Shown: positions 1 to 13,347 of the stretch, piece after piece
How the letters are laid out: every line of letters begins with the position of its first letter
Numbering within the stretch: position 1 is the first letter of the stretch
Source: Paecilomyces variotii
Taxonomy: Eukaryota
Reading direction: 5' to 3' (one strand)
Assembly (NCBI GenBank): GCA_004022145.1
Contig: RCNU01000006.1
DNA: 64,000 nucleotides
Position numbers and translations under genes: made by a program
The notes under the pieces: model-generated
What the model was told of the DNA's origin: nothing
The model's input: the letters and a program-made list of their open reading frames with translations, nothing else
Database searches by the model: none

Positions 1-511
1 TGATGACGATGATGATGAAGAGGAGGAGGAGGAGAATGAAGAAGAAGATGACGATTTTGATAACCAGCCGGATCTGGATGATGATATTCCCGCGGCAGAA
101 GACGAGGGGGGTTCGCTTATGGTCCGCGATTTGGACGATGATATTCCTGAGGCGGAAGAAGGTAGTGAACAGGGAGAAGAATGGCAGCATACCGACACGG
201 AAGCTGAAGACGACGACGACGATGATGATGATGAGCACGATCCCTTCTCTGAACAACTTTTCAGGACCAGTACTTCCAGCGGTCGAGGACTCCCGCCGCA
301 ACCGCCGCCTATTCGACGAGAGACTGAAGCTCAGCGACGCTTCTTGAACCGTTGGAGCGGTGGCGCAGACGCGTTTGACACGAGCGGAATGACGCTCGAA
401 GACGAGGAGGACCTCCGTGCTTCAATAGCCAGCCAGACCAGTCGACGGAATAGCGCCTACAGAAGACGATTCACGAGACAAAGGGGAGGTCCAAGGGATA
501 GTCTTGAGTAA
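1..511 (+). CDS. 3' part of an acidic protein, probably anaphase-promoting complex subunit Apc15/Mnd2-like (truncated by window start)
   Basis: D/E-rich ORF with repeated 'DLDDDIP' motifs and 'EWQHTDTE', as recalled for Eurotiales Apc15p-domain proteins; TAA at 509-511. Confidence 0.6.
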   Translation, partial: DDDDDEEEEEENEEEDDDFDNQPDLDDDIPAAEDEGGSLMVRDLDDDIPEAEEGSEQGEEWQHTDTEAEDDDDDDDDEHDPFSEQLFRTSTSSGRGLPPQPPPIRRETEAQRRFLNRWSGGADAFDTSGMTLEDEEDLRASIASQTSRRNSAYRRRFTRQRGGPRDSLE

Positions 512-1095
512 GTGAAGTCTGGAGATCTGGGGTTCAAAACTTGATCGACGTCGACGATACATTTGGCTACGAGTCCCCATGTGATTATTTGTTTCGGGCC
601 TTATTATTGTATATATCTATGGTTTACCTATGAGAAGCGTGCATGTTAGGAGTTAGGTCGGATACGGAAAGGGAACAAACGGTGGGGGTGGAGTTGAATA
701 TGTATATAATACAGTTTACGGACTTGCTGGAATGAATTTCACGCGGATAATCGCTCAATTGAATTAGAAAGGAATCAAAAGTACGTTCTTAAAGACGAGT
801 TCGAGCTATAGAGAAGACAATTTGTGGATATCAACTCAGCAGCAGAGCAGCTCACAAATTTAGCATGGATTGTATTATATATAAACTACATGTATTAATA
901 TGTGTTTCAGGATAGTTAAAAAGCCATATCGATAACATCACTCCATGCCCCAAGCACCTGGAACGCCATATCATGCAAACATGGTGCTAGTCGCATCAAA
1001 TTCCATATGAAGAAAGAAAGAAAGACAAGCAATACAGTCGATATCGTTGGAAGATATGGTTTTGGAGAGAACAGAATCCGGAGATAACATGCCGC

Positions 1096-1964
1096 TCAGG
1101 ACAACCAGACGTAGGCGAAGAGGAGGAAAACGGCAAAGAAGAAAAGCAGCCAGACGCGCCAGCCGACGCCTGTCCGTTCTGCCATGCGCAACATTCGGTT
1201 CATTGTGCCGCGGAGTTTGACTCGTGTGTTATCGAAGGATTCGTTCATCTATGGATATTGGATGATGTTTTAGCCGGGGGGGTATTATTCATGGAGAGAG
1301 CAGTGCAGGCGTCACGTACCTTGTCCGCTAGAGCGGAACTTGTCCGGATTTCATCGCCGATGGCAACGGTGATCTATACAGAAGTGTTAGATATCAGCCT
1401 GTGGCTGAGAATGGAATAATCGCGTGTACGTACATCCTTAAGCATCTTGACCTTTGCGCTAATACCCTCGATCTCAGATTCGTTTTGCGATTCAAGCGAC
1501 GATAGAACAGCGTCTGAATATTGTCCTCTGTATGAACTAGTTAGCATGGAGATATACCCTTCCCTGTTCAGCTGCAGAATCGCCTTCCACGTACTTCGAA
1601 TTCGGCGTCGCAGCCCTATATCCACCACCGCCTAAGCCTGATTGCGCTCCGCCGGCCGTGTAGCCATCGCTGACCGAACCGGAGTAACCACCATATCCAC
1701 CCGGACGGGGCGACCGACTCGCAGGCCGAGAGGCGCCATTATATGCATCGAAGAGCGAAGAAGATGCTCTGGGGTCGCGCTGATGGAGGTTGGAGTGGGG
1801 GAATCTATTGATCGAAATATGAGCATGTTTTTCTCTTTTGCGGAAGAAACGAAACGAGTTGTCGCGAGACTATTTGCGGTTGATACAGCGTTGCGCGGTA
1901 AAGCAAGATGCGGAGAAAGAGCTCTTGAAGAAGAAGAGGAAAGAAAGCCATACCGTGAAGCCAT
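1096..1964 (-). CDS. BET1: ER-Golgi Qc-SNARE Bet1 (multi-exon)
   Basis: Spliced reading MASR|FPHSNLHQRD...YRAATPNSK|GQYSDAVLSSLESQNESEIEGISAKVKMLKD...MNESFDNTRVKLRGTMNRMLRMAERTGVGWRVWLLFFFAVFLLFAYVWLS*; SNARE helix plus C-terminal transmembrane segment. Confidence 0.9.
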
Positions 1965-2387
1965 GATGTACGCGTTTGCGTTTGCGTAGAGGGAATGATT
2001 TATTTACGAACTGGGAGTAATTCGTAAATTGTTTTGAAGAAGATAAATAAGTAGATACAGACTGACCAGCTCGCCGCACGATCATGAAAGTCGCATCTTC
2101 CTTTCTCGGAGGATATTCTCTGGGACGTTGTTGAGTATGGAAAGGATACTGATCTTGCGGCGCGTGTCACATCCAAGGACAAAATGGCCGGAAGAAAAGA
2201 GATTCTGGACTGAATGTAGATAGATAAACAGGGGAAGAGAGAGGACAACTCTCCTGCTTTTCGCCTTGGACGATCATCCGCTGGCGGCGTCACTCTTGCG
2301 GACGCTGATTCGGTCCAGTTGCTATCCTGGTCTGTGTGCACAACCGGAGTATTTATTGCCTTTGCGAATCAGGAGATGACTTTATGG

Positions 2388-3214
2388 TTATCTCAGCAAG
2401 CTCAGACCCTCTAGCGAGGTGCCCCCCCTGCGGGTGGGCTTTTTGCTGTAACAGCCTGTATTAGCGCATATATTAAAGAACTAGGCCAATAAGATCAGGT
2501 AAACTAGACCCACTAACTCCTGAACCAATAGTAGATCTTATAGCAAAAAACCTCGTAGAGGGTCTGAGAACAATTGGTCGCAATTTATAAGGGATAATTG
2601 ACTAACCTTATATAAATCAATTATCAATCTTCAACGCGATACTTTGCATCTTAAACCACATCTATTTGGGTTAAAAATAGGCTTAAATAATAGGTCTTTA
2701 TATCCTCTTTCTCTAACATTTTATAAAAGGACTAATATATTATAGATATGTTATAGAATAGCAGTTTAAAATCTCTGATTTCTGCTATATTGGCTTATTT
2801 TGCTGCCTCTACTCTACCATACTGGCTTATTTCGCTACCCCTACCTATTACTTCTGGTGAGCTTTCGCAAAATCTAACCTAGTTATTTCAACGCGATAAT
2901 TCGATATTAAAAAATTATCTTAACATCTTAATATATATATGAATTAATAGAGAAATAGTATATAGATCTATAACATTTGACTTTAATAAAATTAATTAAT
3001 ATTTGGTGGAGTTATTCATTGTTAAAGTCGGATGATACCCTTAAAAAAGGGCTAATCTGGTGAGCTTTACTAACAAATTGCGACCATTTGTTCTCAGACG
3101 CTCGCCAAAGAATTTTCTGAGCACTACTCTATTAGGTTTAGCGCACTTATATTCTATTCTATTGGCTCAGTAAATTACACTAGTCTTGGCGAGCGTCTGA
3201 GCTTGCTGAGATAA
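2388..3214. mobile_element. Non-autonomous TIR DNA transposon (MITE-like; hAT or Mutator class), AT-rich, probably RIP-mutated
   Basis: Perfect 20-bp TIR TTATCTCAGCAAGCTCAGAC (2388-2407) / GTCTGAGCTTGCTGAGATAA (3195-3214); flanking direct repeat CTTTATGG at 2380-2387 and 3215-3222 (can also be read as 10-bp ACTTTATGGT); no ORF; TpA-rich core. Confidence 0.88.
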
Positions 3215-3820
3215 CTTTATGGTAATAGTCGCAGTTCAGTATGATCTCTGTGAATGATAAAGGTGGGTTTTCCGAAGGCTGGCAGTTCCTTTTATTACAG
3301 CGTCAGTTGGGAAATGCTTCCAGATGCTAAAGGCCTGTAATTTATTAGCTCTGATCTTCGTGAACACAACATATCCAATCTGATTAAACGAGACAGTACG
3401 GAGAAAAGGCCCAGGGAAACCGACTTCGATGATAACTAATCGGCCCTTTTGTCAGGACCGCGTAGAGATTTGGGGAAAGCAAGTAATGCAGAATTCGCTG
3501 AGGACTGCATCTTTCTCTTGGTTTGTGGCTCATCTTACACGCGGCTACATCTGGGACATCCATAGACTTGATAACGCGAACCTCGCATCTCTGGATTTGC
3601 AGATTCTGTGAATGAGTATGTTCCACATATCAAATGCTACTGGATGCTGGAGTCATATACTGGGAGGGGAGTCCGATTTATATTGCAGGAAACTTGAAAA
3701 CGAAAACAGCGTTTGTAGAATGCAGCCGTGATCTAATGTACATACATAACAGCCCCGCGGACCGAAGGGGGAAGGTATCCGTCTAATGAAACAATGATCC
3801 ATAAAGCCATCTCATCCAAA

Positions 3821-4495
3821 TTATGGTGCAGCTCCAGCTCCAGCCTGCGCCTTTGACCGTGCCTCTTCCGCCGCCTTCATCTCTCTCTCCAAAGCAGCAA
3901 AGTCTCCCTGGAAGGCATTCTTGACCGGCTCCGTCCTCATTTCCCACACGTCCTCACTGCTTGGCCCAGTCTTGTATTTGATGGCCTTCTTCTTGTTGTG
4001 CTCCCGAATCATCCTTCTCCTCGATTCATCGGGTAAAGAGCGCGCCTTCATGCAGAGCCAGAAATTGTTCCAGTGCTCACTGCATGACCGCATCTCACCG
4101 TATCTGTACACGCTGACGAATTGACCACCGAACGACTGGCAGAAAAACGCATAATCGAAGGCTGACCGGCAGTCCATCTCGTCCGGATATAGGGATTCGG
4201 GAGCGATTGACGAACGAGGCTCACTGGAAGGTTGGATGCCGGCTTCTGTGGATTGGACATGCGATGTAGGTTCGGAACGAGCTGGCTGAGAGGTTTGCGA
4301 ACCATCTGCACTTTCAAGGCCGGCCAGCAGCCGTTGAAATTCCGCTTGAACCTGCTCATCAGGGCTCATCTGCTTCGCTGTAGCGGAGATTGTCTCTTGC
4401 GGTTTGGAGGCATCGCGCGACGATGAGGTCGGAAGTGTAGATTTCGCGGATGTCTGATTTTCATCCTTGGAGGAGGAACTCCACCACCAGCCCAT
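3821..4495 (-). CDS. EMI1: Early meiotic induction protein 1-like (Emi1/DUF3128, twin Cx9C)
   Basis: MGWWWSSS start; 'MDCRSAFDYAFFCQSFGGQFVSVYRYGEMRSCSEHWNNFWLCM' and 'GPSSEDVWE' motifs. Confidence 0.8.
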   Translation of the reverse strand: MGWWWSSSSKDENQTSAKSTLPTSSSRDASKPQETISATAKQMSPDEQVQAEFQRLLAGLESADGSQTSQPARSEPTSHVQSTEAGIQPSSEPRSSIAPESLYPDEMDCRSAFDYAFFCQSFGGQFVSVYRYGEMRSCSEHWNNFWLCMKARSLPDESRRRMIREHNKKKAIKYKTGPSSEDVWEMRTEPVKNAFQGDFAALEREMKAAEEARSKAQAGAGAAP

Positions 4496-4803
4496 TTTTG
4501 CGAAATGGTGCACCTGAAGAGTGCTGGATTCAGAAGTTGACGGCGTGATGGACTTCAGCGACTGTAGAAACGTCGGAGGTGTAAATTTAAACAAGACAAA
4601 CTGTGACCGTACAGATGGCTCTTTGTCATGTTTAAAATCGGTAAATATGCGTCACAATGGGTATTGTATGGTAATCGCTTCGGGCTACTCCAACTTGCCC
4701 ATAAACTTTATCCCACAGACTCCGCCGACGTCATCTGATGCTTGAGCAATAACAAGTGCGCGCTGCCCTTCAGCGTTGTCAACCATGTTCGTTCAGTAAA
4801 GGC

Positions 4804-7452
4804 ATGATGGCATCCACGCTGCTATGGGCTGCGCGGGGGGTTCATCGAGTTCCTGTGCACCAAAGGGTGCCATGTATATCTCAGACACTGAGCTGTCGCG
4901 CGAGATTTGCTCAGCTCCGCCCCGCAACAGCAAGATATGCGTCTTCAGGGGCCCCTCGGTCAATTGAAGCAGGACACATTAAGCTGGAGCCGAATGAAGG
5001 CCTTCTGTTCATTAACAGTATGTATTACGCAACAATCGCAGCTATTGATTAAGTTCCTGGTCTAATCTTCATCTCTGCAGATGTATTCCCACCGAAGCTG
5101 CAATGGCTGCTACGCGTGCCAGTTATTGGAGAGGCTTCTCGATACGAGGAGGTGATGAAGCGTGTGGATAAGCCACACCTCGCAGCTTCTGAGATATTGA
5201 GAATCGTCCGGCGAGCTTTACCGAAAGAGCCCCAAATTGAAGTTACAGGGATCATCCCTCGATTTTCTGAGGGAGGTGTATTCGTCAAGTATGCCCGAAC
5301 GGCTGGTCTCGACGATGTCCAGATTGAGAACGCCGTGAATGAGCATCTCGCCCAGAATCCGATAAAGCCTTGGTTTAACCCGTTCCAAACAGTCGAAGCA
5401 GCTCGTGTCCTGGGAAAGCCTTGGATAGAAGACCTGTTCCGCTTTCCGAGCCCGAGGATAAAAGTTGAATTCCTTCCACCTCAACCGGGGGATTCACCAG
5501 CCGAACTGACGCAGGAAGACCTGTATTCGGTGTTCCGGAGATACGGAAAGCTGGTCGACATCGCCCCCGGTTCAGGCACTCCAAAAAATGCGTTTGTCGA
5601 ATTCTCTAGACGCAGGCACGCTATACTAGCGAGGAATTGTGCACACGGCCTTGTCGTCACAGAAAGCCAGGGCGGTGGGAAGGCAGGCACGCTTCTGAGA
5701 ATCACATACGAACGGAAGATCAAGTTCTCATACATCAAGGACTGGATTCTCAGTCATCCTAGGATCGTCATTCCGGCCATTGCTGCGTTCGTTGCAACCA
5801 TGACCGTCATTATATTTGACCCGATACGGACATTTTTCATCAAATTGAAAGTGAAAGCGACGTCGGATGTGGAGCAAAACTCAGTATGGCGATGGGTCCG
5901 CAAACAGGTTAGCAGAGCCAACTTCATAGGCTTCGGCCGTAATAAGCGGGATCCAGACGTCCTGGAGGTACTATGGGACGATCGGAAAAATGATATTGCC
6001 CAGCTGCAATCCTGGCTGACAGAAAACACTGGGACATTCATTGTCATTCAGGGGCCGGCCGGGTCCGGGAAACGGGAACTCGTGTTGGACCAAGCACTCA
6101 AGGACGGGAGATATCGGGTTGTTATTGATTGCAAGCCAATCCAGGAGGCAAGAGGAGATGCTGCTACTATTGCGACAGCAGCTGCACAGGTCGGCTACCG
6201 TCCGATGTTTTCGTGGATGAATAGCTTCAGCAGCTTCATCGATCTCGCGGCGCAAGGTATGATCGGAACTAAGGCAGGGTTCTCAGAAACCCTGGATGCG
6301 CAGCTCAGCAAGATCTGGCAGAATACTGGCGTTGCTCTGAAACAGGTGACCCTTGAAAGCCGAAGGAAGGACGACAAAGACGCGCAGATGTCAGACGAAG
6401 AATATTTAGACGCCCATCCGGAGAAACGCCCGGTTGTTGTCATTGACAACTTCTTGCATAAGGCTGGAGATACCGATGTAGTCTATGACAAGATTTCTGA
6501 GTGGGCCGCAGCGCTGACGAGTGCGAACATTGCTCATGTCATATTCTTGACCAGTGACGTATCATACTCAAAGCCCCTCAACAAAGCATTGCCAAACCAG
6601 ATCTTCAGGACCATCTCCATGGGCGACTGTTCACTTGAAGTTGGAAAGAAGTTTGTCCTTGACTATTTGGGCCGTGAGGATGATAGTTGGAAAGATGGGG
6701 AATTGAACAAGAGGTTCCCCTTTGGAACAGAGGAGCTCGACCATTGTATTGAGACCCTGGGAGGTCGGCTTACAGATCTTGAGTTTCTGGCGCACCGCAT
6801 GAAGGCTGGAGAGAGCCCTCAACGTGAGTCAACTTGTCCTTGCTATGGTCGTAAATAGACTCAGCTAACGATCACAACAGACGCGGTAAACAGGATCATC
6901 GAACAATCCGCTTCTGAGATTCTCAAGATCTATATTCTGGATACCGATCCGTCCAAGCAACACTGGACGCGTGAGCAAGCATGGCATCTAATCAAGGCCC
7001 TAGCGAACTCCAAAAACGGCGTCATGTCGTACAACGACATCTTGCTCTCTGACTTGTTCAAAGACAACGGGGAGACAACGGTGGCAGCTCTTCATCAGGC
7101 CGAATTGCTTACTATAGTCTCTGAGAACGGCCGCCCTCAGGCGATCAAACCGGGAAAGCCAGTTTATCACGCAGCATTCAGAAGGCTCACAGAAGACAAG
7201 ACACTACGCAGTCGAATGGACCTCGCAACATTGGCTCAACTGATTAGCAATGAGAACAAGAGCGTTGCCAAATACGAAGACGAGCTGCAGCGACTCGCCA
7301 CTCTTCCCAAGCAGCCGAGCGCTCTGACTCCGAGGGTCCAATGGCTGCTCAATAAACTGTACAGTTCTCAAACGAAGGTAGAGAAGTTCGAGAAGGAAAG
7401 CGCATTCCTGAAAGCGATCCTCCAAAGCGACGGCCGCCCAGGTACTGCTTGA
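4804..7452 (+). CDS. YME2: Mitochondrial escape protein 2 (RRM + RNA12 domain); introns 5018-5080 and 6824-6880
   Basis: Presequence-like N-terminus, RRM, TM 'HPRIVIPAIAAF', P-loop-like 'QGPAGSGKREL', 'LGGRLTDLEFL'; canonical splice sites. Confidence 0.92.
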
Positions 7453-8015
7453 GCTTTTCTTTATCGATACATAGTTACCTCTTCTGTCTGGCGATTTAGT
7501 GTCCTAATGAAACACCTTGTGTATGTATGATTAGTTAAATATCCATTTTGAAATCAAATAAGTCAAACAATAGGCTAGTTGAGCAGTGAAAGAATGGTAT
7601 AGAAACCAGTCAAGATTCAGATGTCCTACAATCTACATTATTTTTAGATACCGCTCATTGGACGGTGACTACGATGACATAAGCCACGCTAGCCACTGAT
7701 CGCCAACTGGCGCGGTTTCAAGGCGATTATGTAAGGACCTAAATATGGAGAGATCTGGCTATGGCCATGGAAGCTCTAAAACATCACACGACAATTGCTG
7801 CGTCAGCTATAGGACAGGGAGTAGGGGCTTCGTCTTGTCTTTTTTTGTGTATAACTGTACTATACACCCTCTGCATATCTCAAGCTCTGCATACTCTTGT
7901 CTTTGCATAACCCCTGACTTGGCATCATCGGTTCTGCCGCCACTCTGTTGGCCTTTCTGAGAGCCACTTCTGGCCGATAGTCCCGATATCAGGGCATGCT
8001 CTGTTACGAGACAGC

Positions 8016-9816
8016 ATGAATGAGGAGGGTCTACCCCCCAAAGGCCCGCTTCAGGTGCCTAGGGATGCTGCGCCGCAACTAATGTGGCAGACTGTGGTGG
8101 CAGTACTTATCTTTTCCTGTCTAGCTACGAGACTCATCACTGGTTTTCAAAGTCATCCAAGAGCAGTGACGGATGAAGAGCCTCGGCCTGTTAGGAAGGC
8201 TCCTTATTGGATTCCATGGCTCGGGCATGGGGTGCCGTTTGCGCTGGGGCAGCAGAGCTTCATTGGAAGGGTCAAGTGCGTTTTCTATTATTAATATCAT
8301 GTTTTGGGTATAGATGAAAGCTGACAGATGTTGCAGAGATTGGATATGCGAGCCGGTGTTCAGTCTGCATCTTGCTGGAAAGACGCATAACATGATCATG
8401 GCCCCATCCATAGCCAAATCTGCCCTCGCTCATCGGGCGTTGTCCGCAGACTCGGTCTACGATCGTGTCATGCATAAAGTATTCGGTGACCCTGGGCCCA
8501 TCCGTAAAATGGATGCTCAGCAGACCAAAGCTTTCGATGAAGCTACCAGCCTGTTTATGAGGGAGCCTCATGTGACCGAGACAACTGCTACTATGGTCCG
8601 GCTTTTGGAAACTGAGATTCCAAATCTTGTGTCATTCTCTCACAGTATGGTCGACCAGTCAATCTGGGAGAGGGCGAGTCAGACAACTCTTCTCGAAGAC
8701 AGAGATAAGCCTACCTGTGAGGTGGACCTTTTCAAACTAGTCAGGCATTTCGTCGGATACATTACCAGCACTGTCTTCATGGGAAAAGCGTTCGTTGATT
8801 TTCATCCGGCTTTACTCGAAGATCTCTTCACCTTCGACAAGTACTTCAACTTGCTGCTCATCGGCATCCCACGCTTCGTTCCACTACCAGGTATATCTGC
8901 AGCGTACGCAGCCCGTCACCGCTTGCTTCGCATCATGACTGTCTTCCACGCCTCTTTCGCTTCGTTCGACGAAGGCCGGGATCCAGGATTCGATTTCCGC
9001 GACCTAGACGACGTCTCGGAACCGATGAAGGCGCGCATGCGCTGCTGGAGAAAAGCAGGCTTTGCCCCTGCCGCCAGCGCACCCGGAGACCTGATGATTT
9101 TCTGGGCCATGAACACCAACTCCCCCACCATCGTATTCTGGAACATCATGCACATCCTCGCAGACCCCGAACTCCTAGCAGCCATCAGACGCGAAATCGC
9201 ACCCTACGCCAAAGCCTACCGACCCGGCTTCGAAGACACAGGCCTCCCTTTCACCGAACCGCCTCGCCTTTCCCTCGACTTAAACGGCCTCGTCACCTCC
9301 TGCCCCCTCCTCAAAGCCACCTACTTCGAAACCCTCCGCATGGACACCGCCCCCTTTTCATACCGAGAAGCCAAAACAGGCCTCACCCTCACCGAATCCC
9401 CCGAAGACGCTACCACAGACGGCGTCCCCGAACCGCGCACCTACAGCTTCTACAAAGGCGACTACCTCGCCATCCCTCACGGCGCACAGGCGCGCGATCC
9501 GCGCTCTTTTCCCGAACCAGATAAATTCGACCCCTACCGATTCATCCGCACGGATGCCTCGACAGGGAAGAAAACAGCAGATCTAGACACGGGCCATCTA
9601 CGACCTTTTGGTGGTGGATCGACGATGTGTAAAGGACGCTTCTTTGCAGAGAGACAGGTCCTTGCGTTCGTGGCGAGTATTATCTCCATGTGGGATGTGG
9701 AATTGGTTGAGGGGAGAAGTTTCTGGGAGAATAATAATGTACAGCGACATCCGCATACTAGTGGAGCGTATGTGCCAAGGGGTGGTGTTAAGGCTAGGTT
9801 AAGACAGCGTGTTTAG
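8016..9816 (+). CDS. Cytochrome P450 (CYP7-like/group IV type); intron 8276-8336
   Basis: N-terminal TM, 'PYWIPWLGH', ExxR (ETLR), 'FDPYRF', heme motif 'PFGGGSTMCKGRFFA'. Confidence 0.9.
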
Positions 9817-10503
9817 ATATGCTGCATACGCATATGTATGTGCGTGTGTGTGTATTTTTGGTATACAGCTCGATTCAAAGTTCGCATGTTGTTATTATTA
9901 TTATTCTCTGAGCGGGCGTGTTTTGTATGGAACTTAGGCTATTTCTTCGATATTTCAAAATCTTAGAGAAGGGGTGGGATCCTCTGTTTTATTTGTTTTT
10001 TGATGTTTTTAGAGAAATATGAGATTTTTTGTAGTTATAGTTGAAAGGTATAATACGGGGGTGCTGAAGGTGGTGTCTTATTGATGGACATCACTTTATC
10101 CTAGGCTGTGAGCACGGGTAGTTCTGCGATATGAAGACACAGCAATAGAGATATACTGGTTCCATTTTAAACCTATAATGTAAAAAAGTACAGCTGTCTA
10201 TTCCGGGACTGCAACTGAACCGAGTATTCATCGCGGCTAGCATCCCCTACTAGAGAAAAATTCGAGGACAAAGCACTGCATGAGTGAAGACCAGGAAAAG
10301 CATTCAAGAACGTCGCATGTTCAAGAACCATAATCCTAATTCACGTAAACTTTATTTGGTATTTTGTTGAACTGATCTGCATTCCCTTTTTTCCTTTTTT
10401 TATTCCACGCGCCAGGTGTCGCTTTCGAGGGGGTCATGACAAAAAGAAGAGACATAAAAGTTGAGTTGACGAAATGAATAATGATGATGCTATCGCTGTG
10501 CAT

Positions 10504-11146
10504 CTAGTGTTCCATCTTGGAATCCTCGTCAGGAGCCTCGAAATCCTCATCGTCGTCGGAATCGTCCATCTCGTCATCACCAGCAGCCTTGGCCTTCTCA
10601 GCCGCTTCGGCGAAGTCGATGCGCTTGCCGCGAGTTCGTCGTCCGCCCTCGATGATGTTGTCAGTCGAGATGGGCTCGAGGTTGTCGCCTTCTTCTTCGT
10701 CTTCTGTGTAAGAAAATCGTCAGATTTTTTCTTGTTCCTTGCCTAATGAATGGCCCGGAGCTCTAATAGATGTGCCTATGGTCGCGTTCCTTGTGCAGGA
10801 ACAGCTCACTCATCGCGGGGTCCAAGCGTTCAATAGAAGTGAAGTCAATGCGTACCTTCAGGAGCCTAGGATGCGCACAAGTCCCATGTTAGTTACACTG
10901 AGCAACGGATCAAAACAAACAAGAGGAGGGCGCAAAGCGCAAATCATGCAACTGCGCACGCGACAGAATGAAGGGAAGGTTCTTCCATACCAGTTCCTCA
11001 GGACCACTTTCTTCCGAGCTCTCATCCTCGTCCATGCTCATTTCCTGAGCCGTAGGGTCCTGCTCGGTAGCCTTGCCCTTGCCCTTTTCGTACGCCGCGG
11101 CATCGGGGGCGTTGGCAGCGGGGTCAGTGAAGCTAGAGTCGCCCAT
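10504..11146 (-). CDS. CHZ1: Histone H2A.Z chaperone Chz1; includes a 10-nt micro-exon at 10856-10865
   Basis: 'EKGKGKA' N-terminal motif and CHZ motif 'DNLEPISTDNIIEGGRRTRGKRIDFA'; frame is restored by exon GCTCCTGAAG. Confidence 0.88.
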
Positions 11147-11882
11147 GGTGATTTATGAGGGTGATCGAGGTTGGTTTTCGAGATGGATGAGTGGGAGAGA
11201 TAGGAGGGTACGTGGAAGAGCGCGCGCGAGAAGAGGACGTAAACAAGGGCGAGATGGGTGTTTTATACGATGGAAGGACAAGCTGAGAGTTGTGGTGAAG
11301 ACTAAGAGTCGCAAGGGAGAGTCCAGATGGAGCGCGGAGACCGATGGCTTCGCGCCGGCTCGGCGGTCATTGGTCAGCTCCGCAGGGCGATCGCCGCGCT
11401 AGTGGCGCCCGCTCCCGTGACTTCGCGCTTGCCTGTTTGGGCGGTAAATAGTATTCGACAACTACAGGGCGATTTGACATGTTTATATCTGAAAAATTCT
11501 GATAAGCGGGATGATATTTTAATTGTTTCTCAAGTAATAAACACTCTTTCTTCGCATACTCAGAGAGTCGAATTCGGTGTTGAGCACCAAGTATTTGTAT
11601 GTACATCAGCTCATTGAAGGATCCGGTTGCGACCTAGTATTTAGAAATCGCATACAACCATTCCATAGGCACGACAACGATGGCAGCGATGCTCAGAATT
11701 TGTTGATAATTTGCTGAATTGGTGTTAGTAGTAAGCTATCCTAGAGACATTATATGAATGCTTGCCTGTTGGCTAATGCTAGGAAGTCATTCAATAAATG
11801 AATTAGAATTAACCCACAGTATCGAAGACGTACCACAAACTCAAATGTATTGAAAATAGATGATTCGGACCAGTAGACAATT

Positions 11883-13347
11883 CTACCATGTCAAAGTCAG
11901 CCAATACTTTTGCCAATTTGCCTCCGTATCAGCTTCGCGGAATTTTTCAATCCCACCCTCGACTCCAGTCTCGTTGACAGTCCAATCGCCGCATTTCACC
12001 CGGTCAGCCCAGTTAGTGAGGACCTTGTGCAGTTGAACCTGTCGTGACCCAAAAAAGCCATTATACCCAGATTGGTACAACTCAGAATTCACATCTAAAG
12101 GGCTCGGTTCGTCATCTATAGGCTCCATTCCCATAACTTCATTATCACTTAGCCGAGCCCAGCCATTGGCCCCGAACATGAATGGAAGCAAAAGTTGACA
12201 GCTATTCTCAAATGCCTGATTCATACGATGATCGCCAATTAGATATAGTCCTGTGGTGATAGGGACATCTGTATAGCCACCATATTTGAGCCAGTTATTT
12301 GGAATAGGGACAGTTTGGTTGGAAACTAGTTCTCCTTTGTCAGCTTGGAAAAGCAGCACCGGCATCTTTCGGCCGAAGGTATCCCTTTGGCCGTTTCGGT
12401 TGAAAGGCTGAGCAATGAATTCGTCCACGGTAGGTATCCTTATACCAGGGGCTATATATCGAAAGGAAAGCTCACGAGTCCATTTTGCGGACTCTTCGCA
12501 AAACTCTCTTGCAAAAGTGTTCTGTTGAATGCCAGCAATATCAAGAATAGCGGGGTCCGTCCAAGGAAGGGAAACCTTTTCATTTCCCCCTCCTTCTTCT
12601 GAGCCAGATCGCTTTAGCCAGCTTGATCTCTTAGCCTCGATCACATCCAAAAGATATTTCAAGGCCTCGACACTCTTTTGAATATCAAAAGTGGTATAAT
12701 CATTGAAAATCCATGGGCCAAAAGCGTCCGATCTGCTTTCTTTACTTTTCTTCCCATCTGGTGTGCAGGCCTCAATCTTCCCCTCCTTGATCATCTCAAG
12801 GTAGGCGCCGTATATTTCCTCCAGTGGTTTCCAGCCATATCCATTATCGCAGATTGGTATTACATCGTCAAACAACTCAACAAAAGCCGCTTTGCAAGTG
12901 TACTGATCGAACCTATAAGGTCATATTAGCAAAAGATAATAACAAGGAATCGGGATATCTATACAGCAAACCCATTTCATCTCCACAGTTAAACCCAGTC
13001 GCATGATGCAGATTGATAAAGCGATCTTTTCCTCTGTCCTCAAACCACGGATCGTCTAACAGATGTTCGCAAGTAGTCAGAGGTTGAAGAAAATAGAAGA
13101 ATGCTGGGGCGTTATCATGATAATATGCACGTTTAAGGAATTCGATCAAATCAGCATTTAAACGACTGGCAATTTGTTCGGATGGAGAAAATCGTTCCCA
13201 CCAGGTCTGTAGAGACCATGACTCAGTGTTTTTGTTAGTACTACTCCATGCTATTTGGAATATCCTGTTATGGAGATTCGCACAAGTCTCGTAATCAAGA
13301 CGTATTGGCTCGACCTTGGGATGTTGCCTTGCCGTGGGGCAAGTCAT
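11883..13347 (-). CDS. Uncharacterised fungal protein (~470 aa); intron 12913-12964
   Basis: Two long ORFs joined in frame by a 52-nt GT..CTAAT..TAG intron; motifs 'LDYETCANLHNRI' and 'VQLHKVLTNWADRV..GDW.V...GVEGGIEKFREAD'. Confidence 0.75.
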
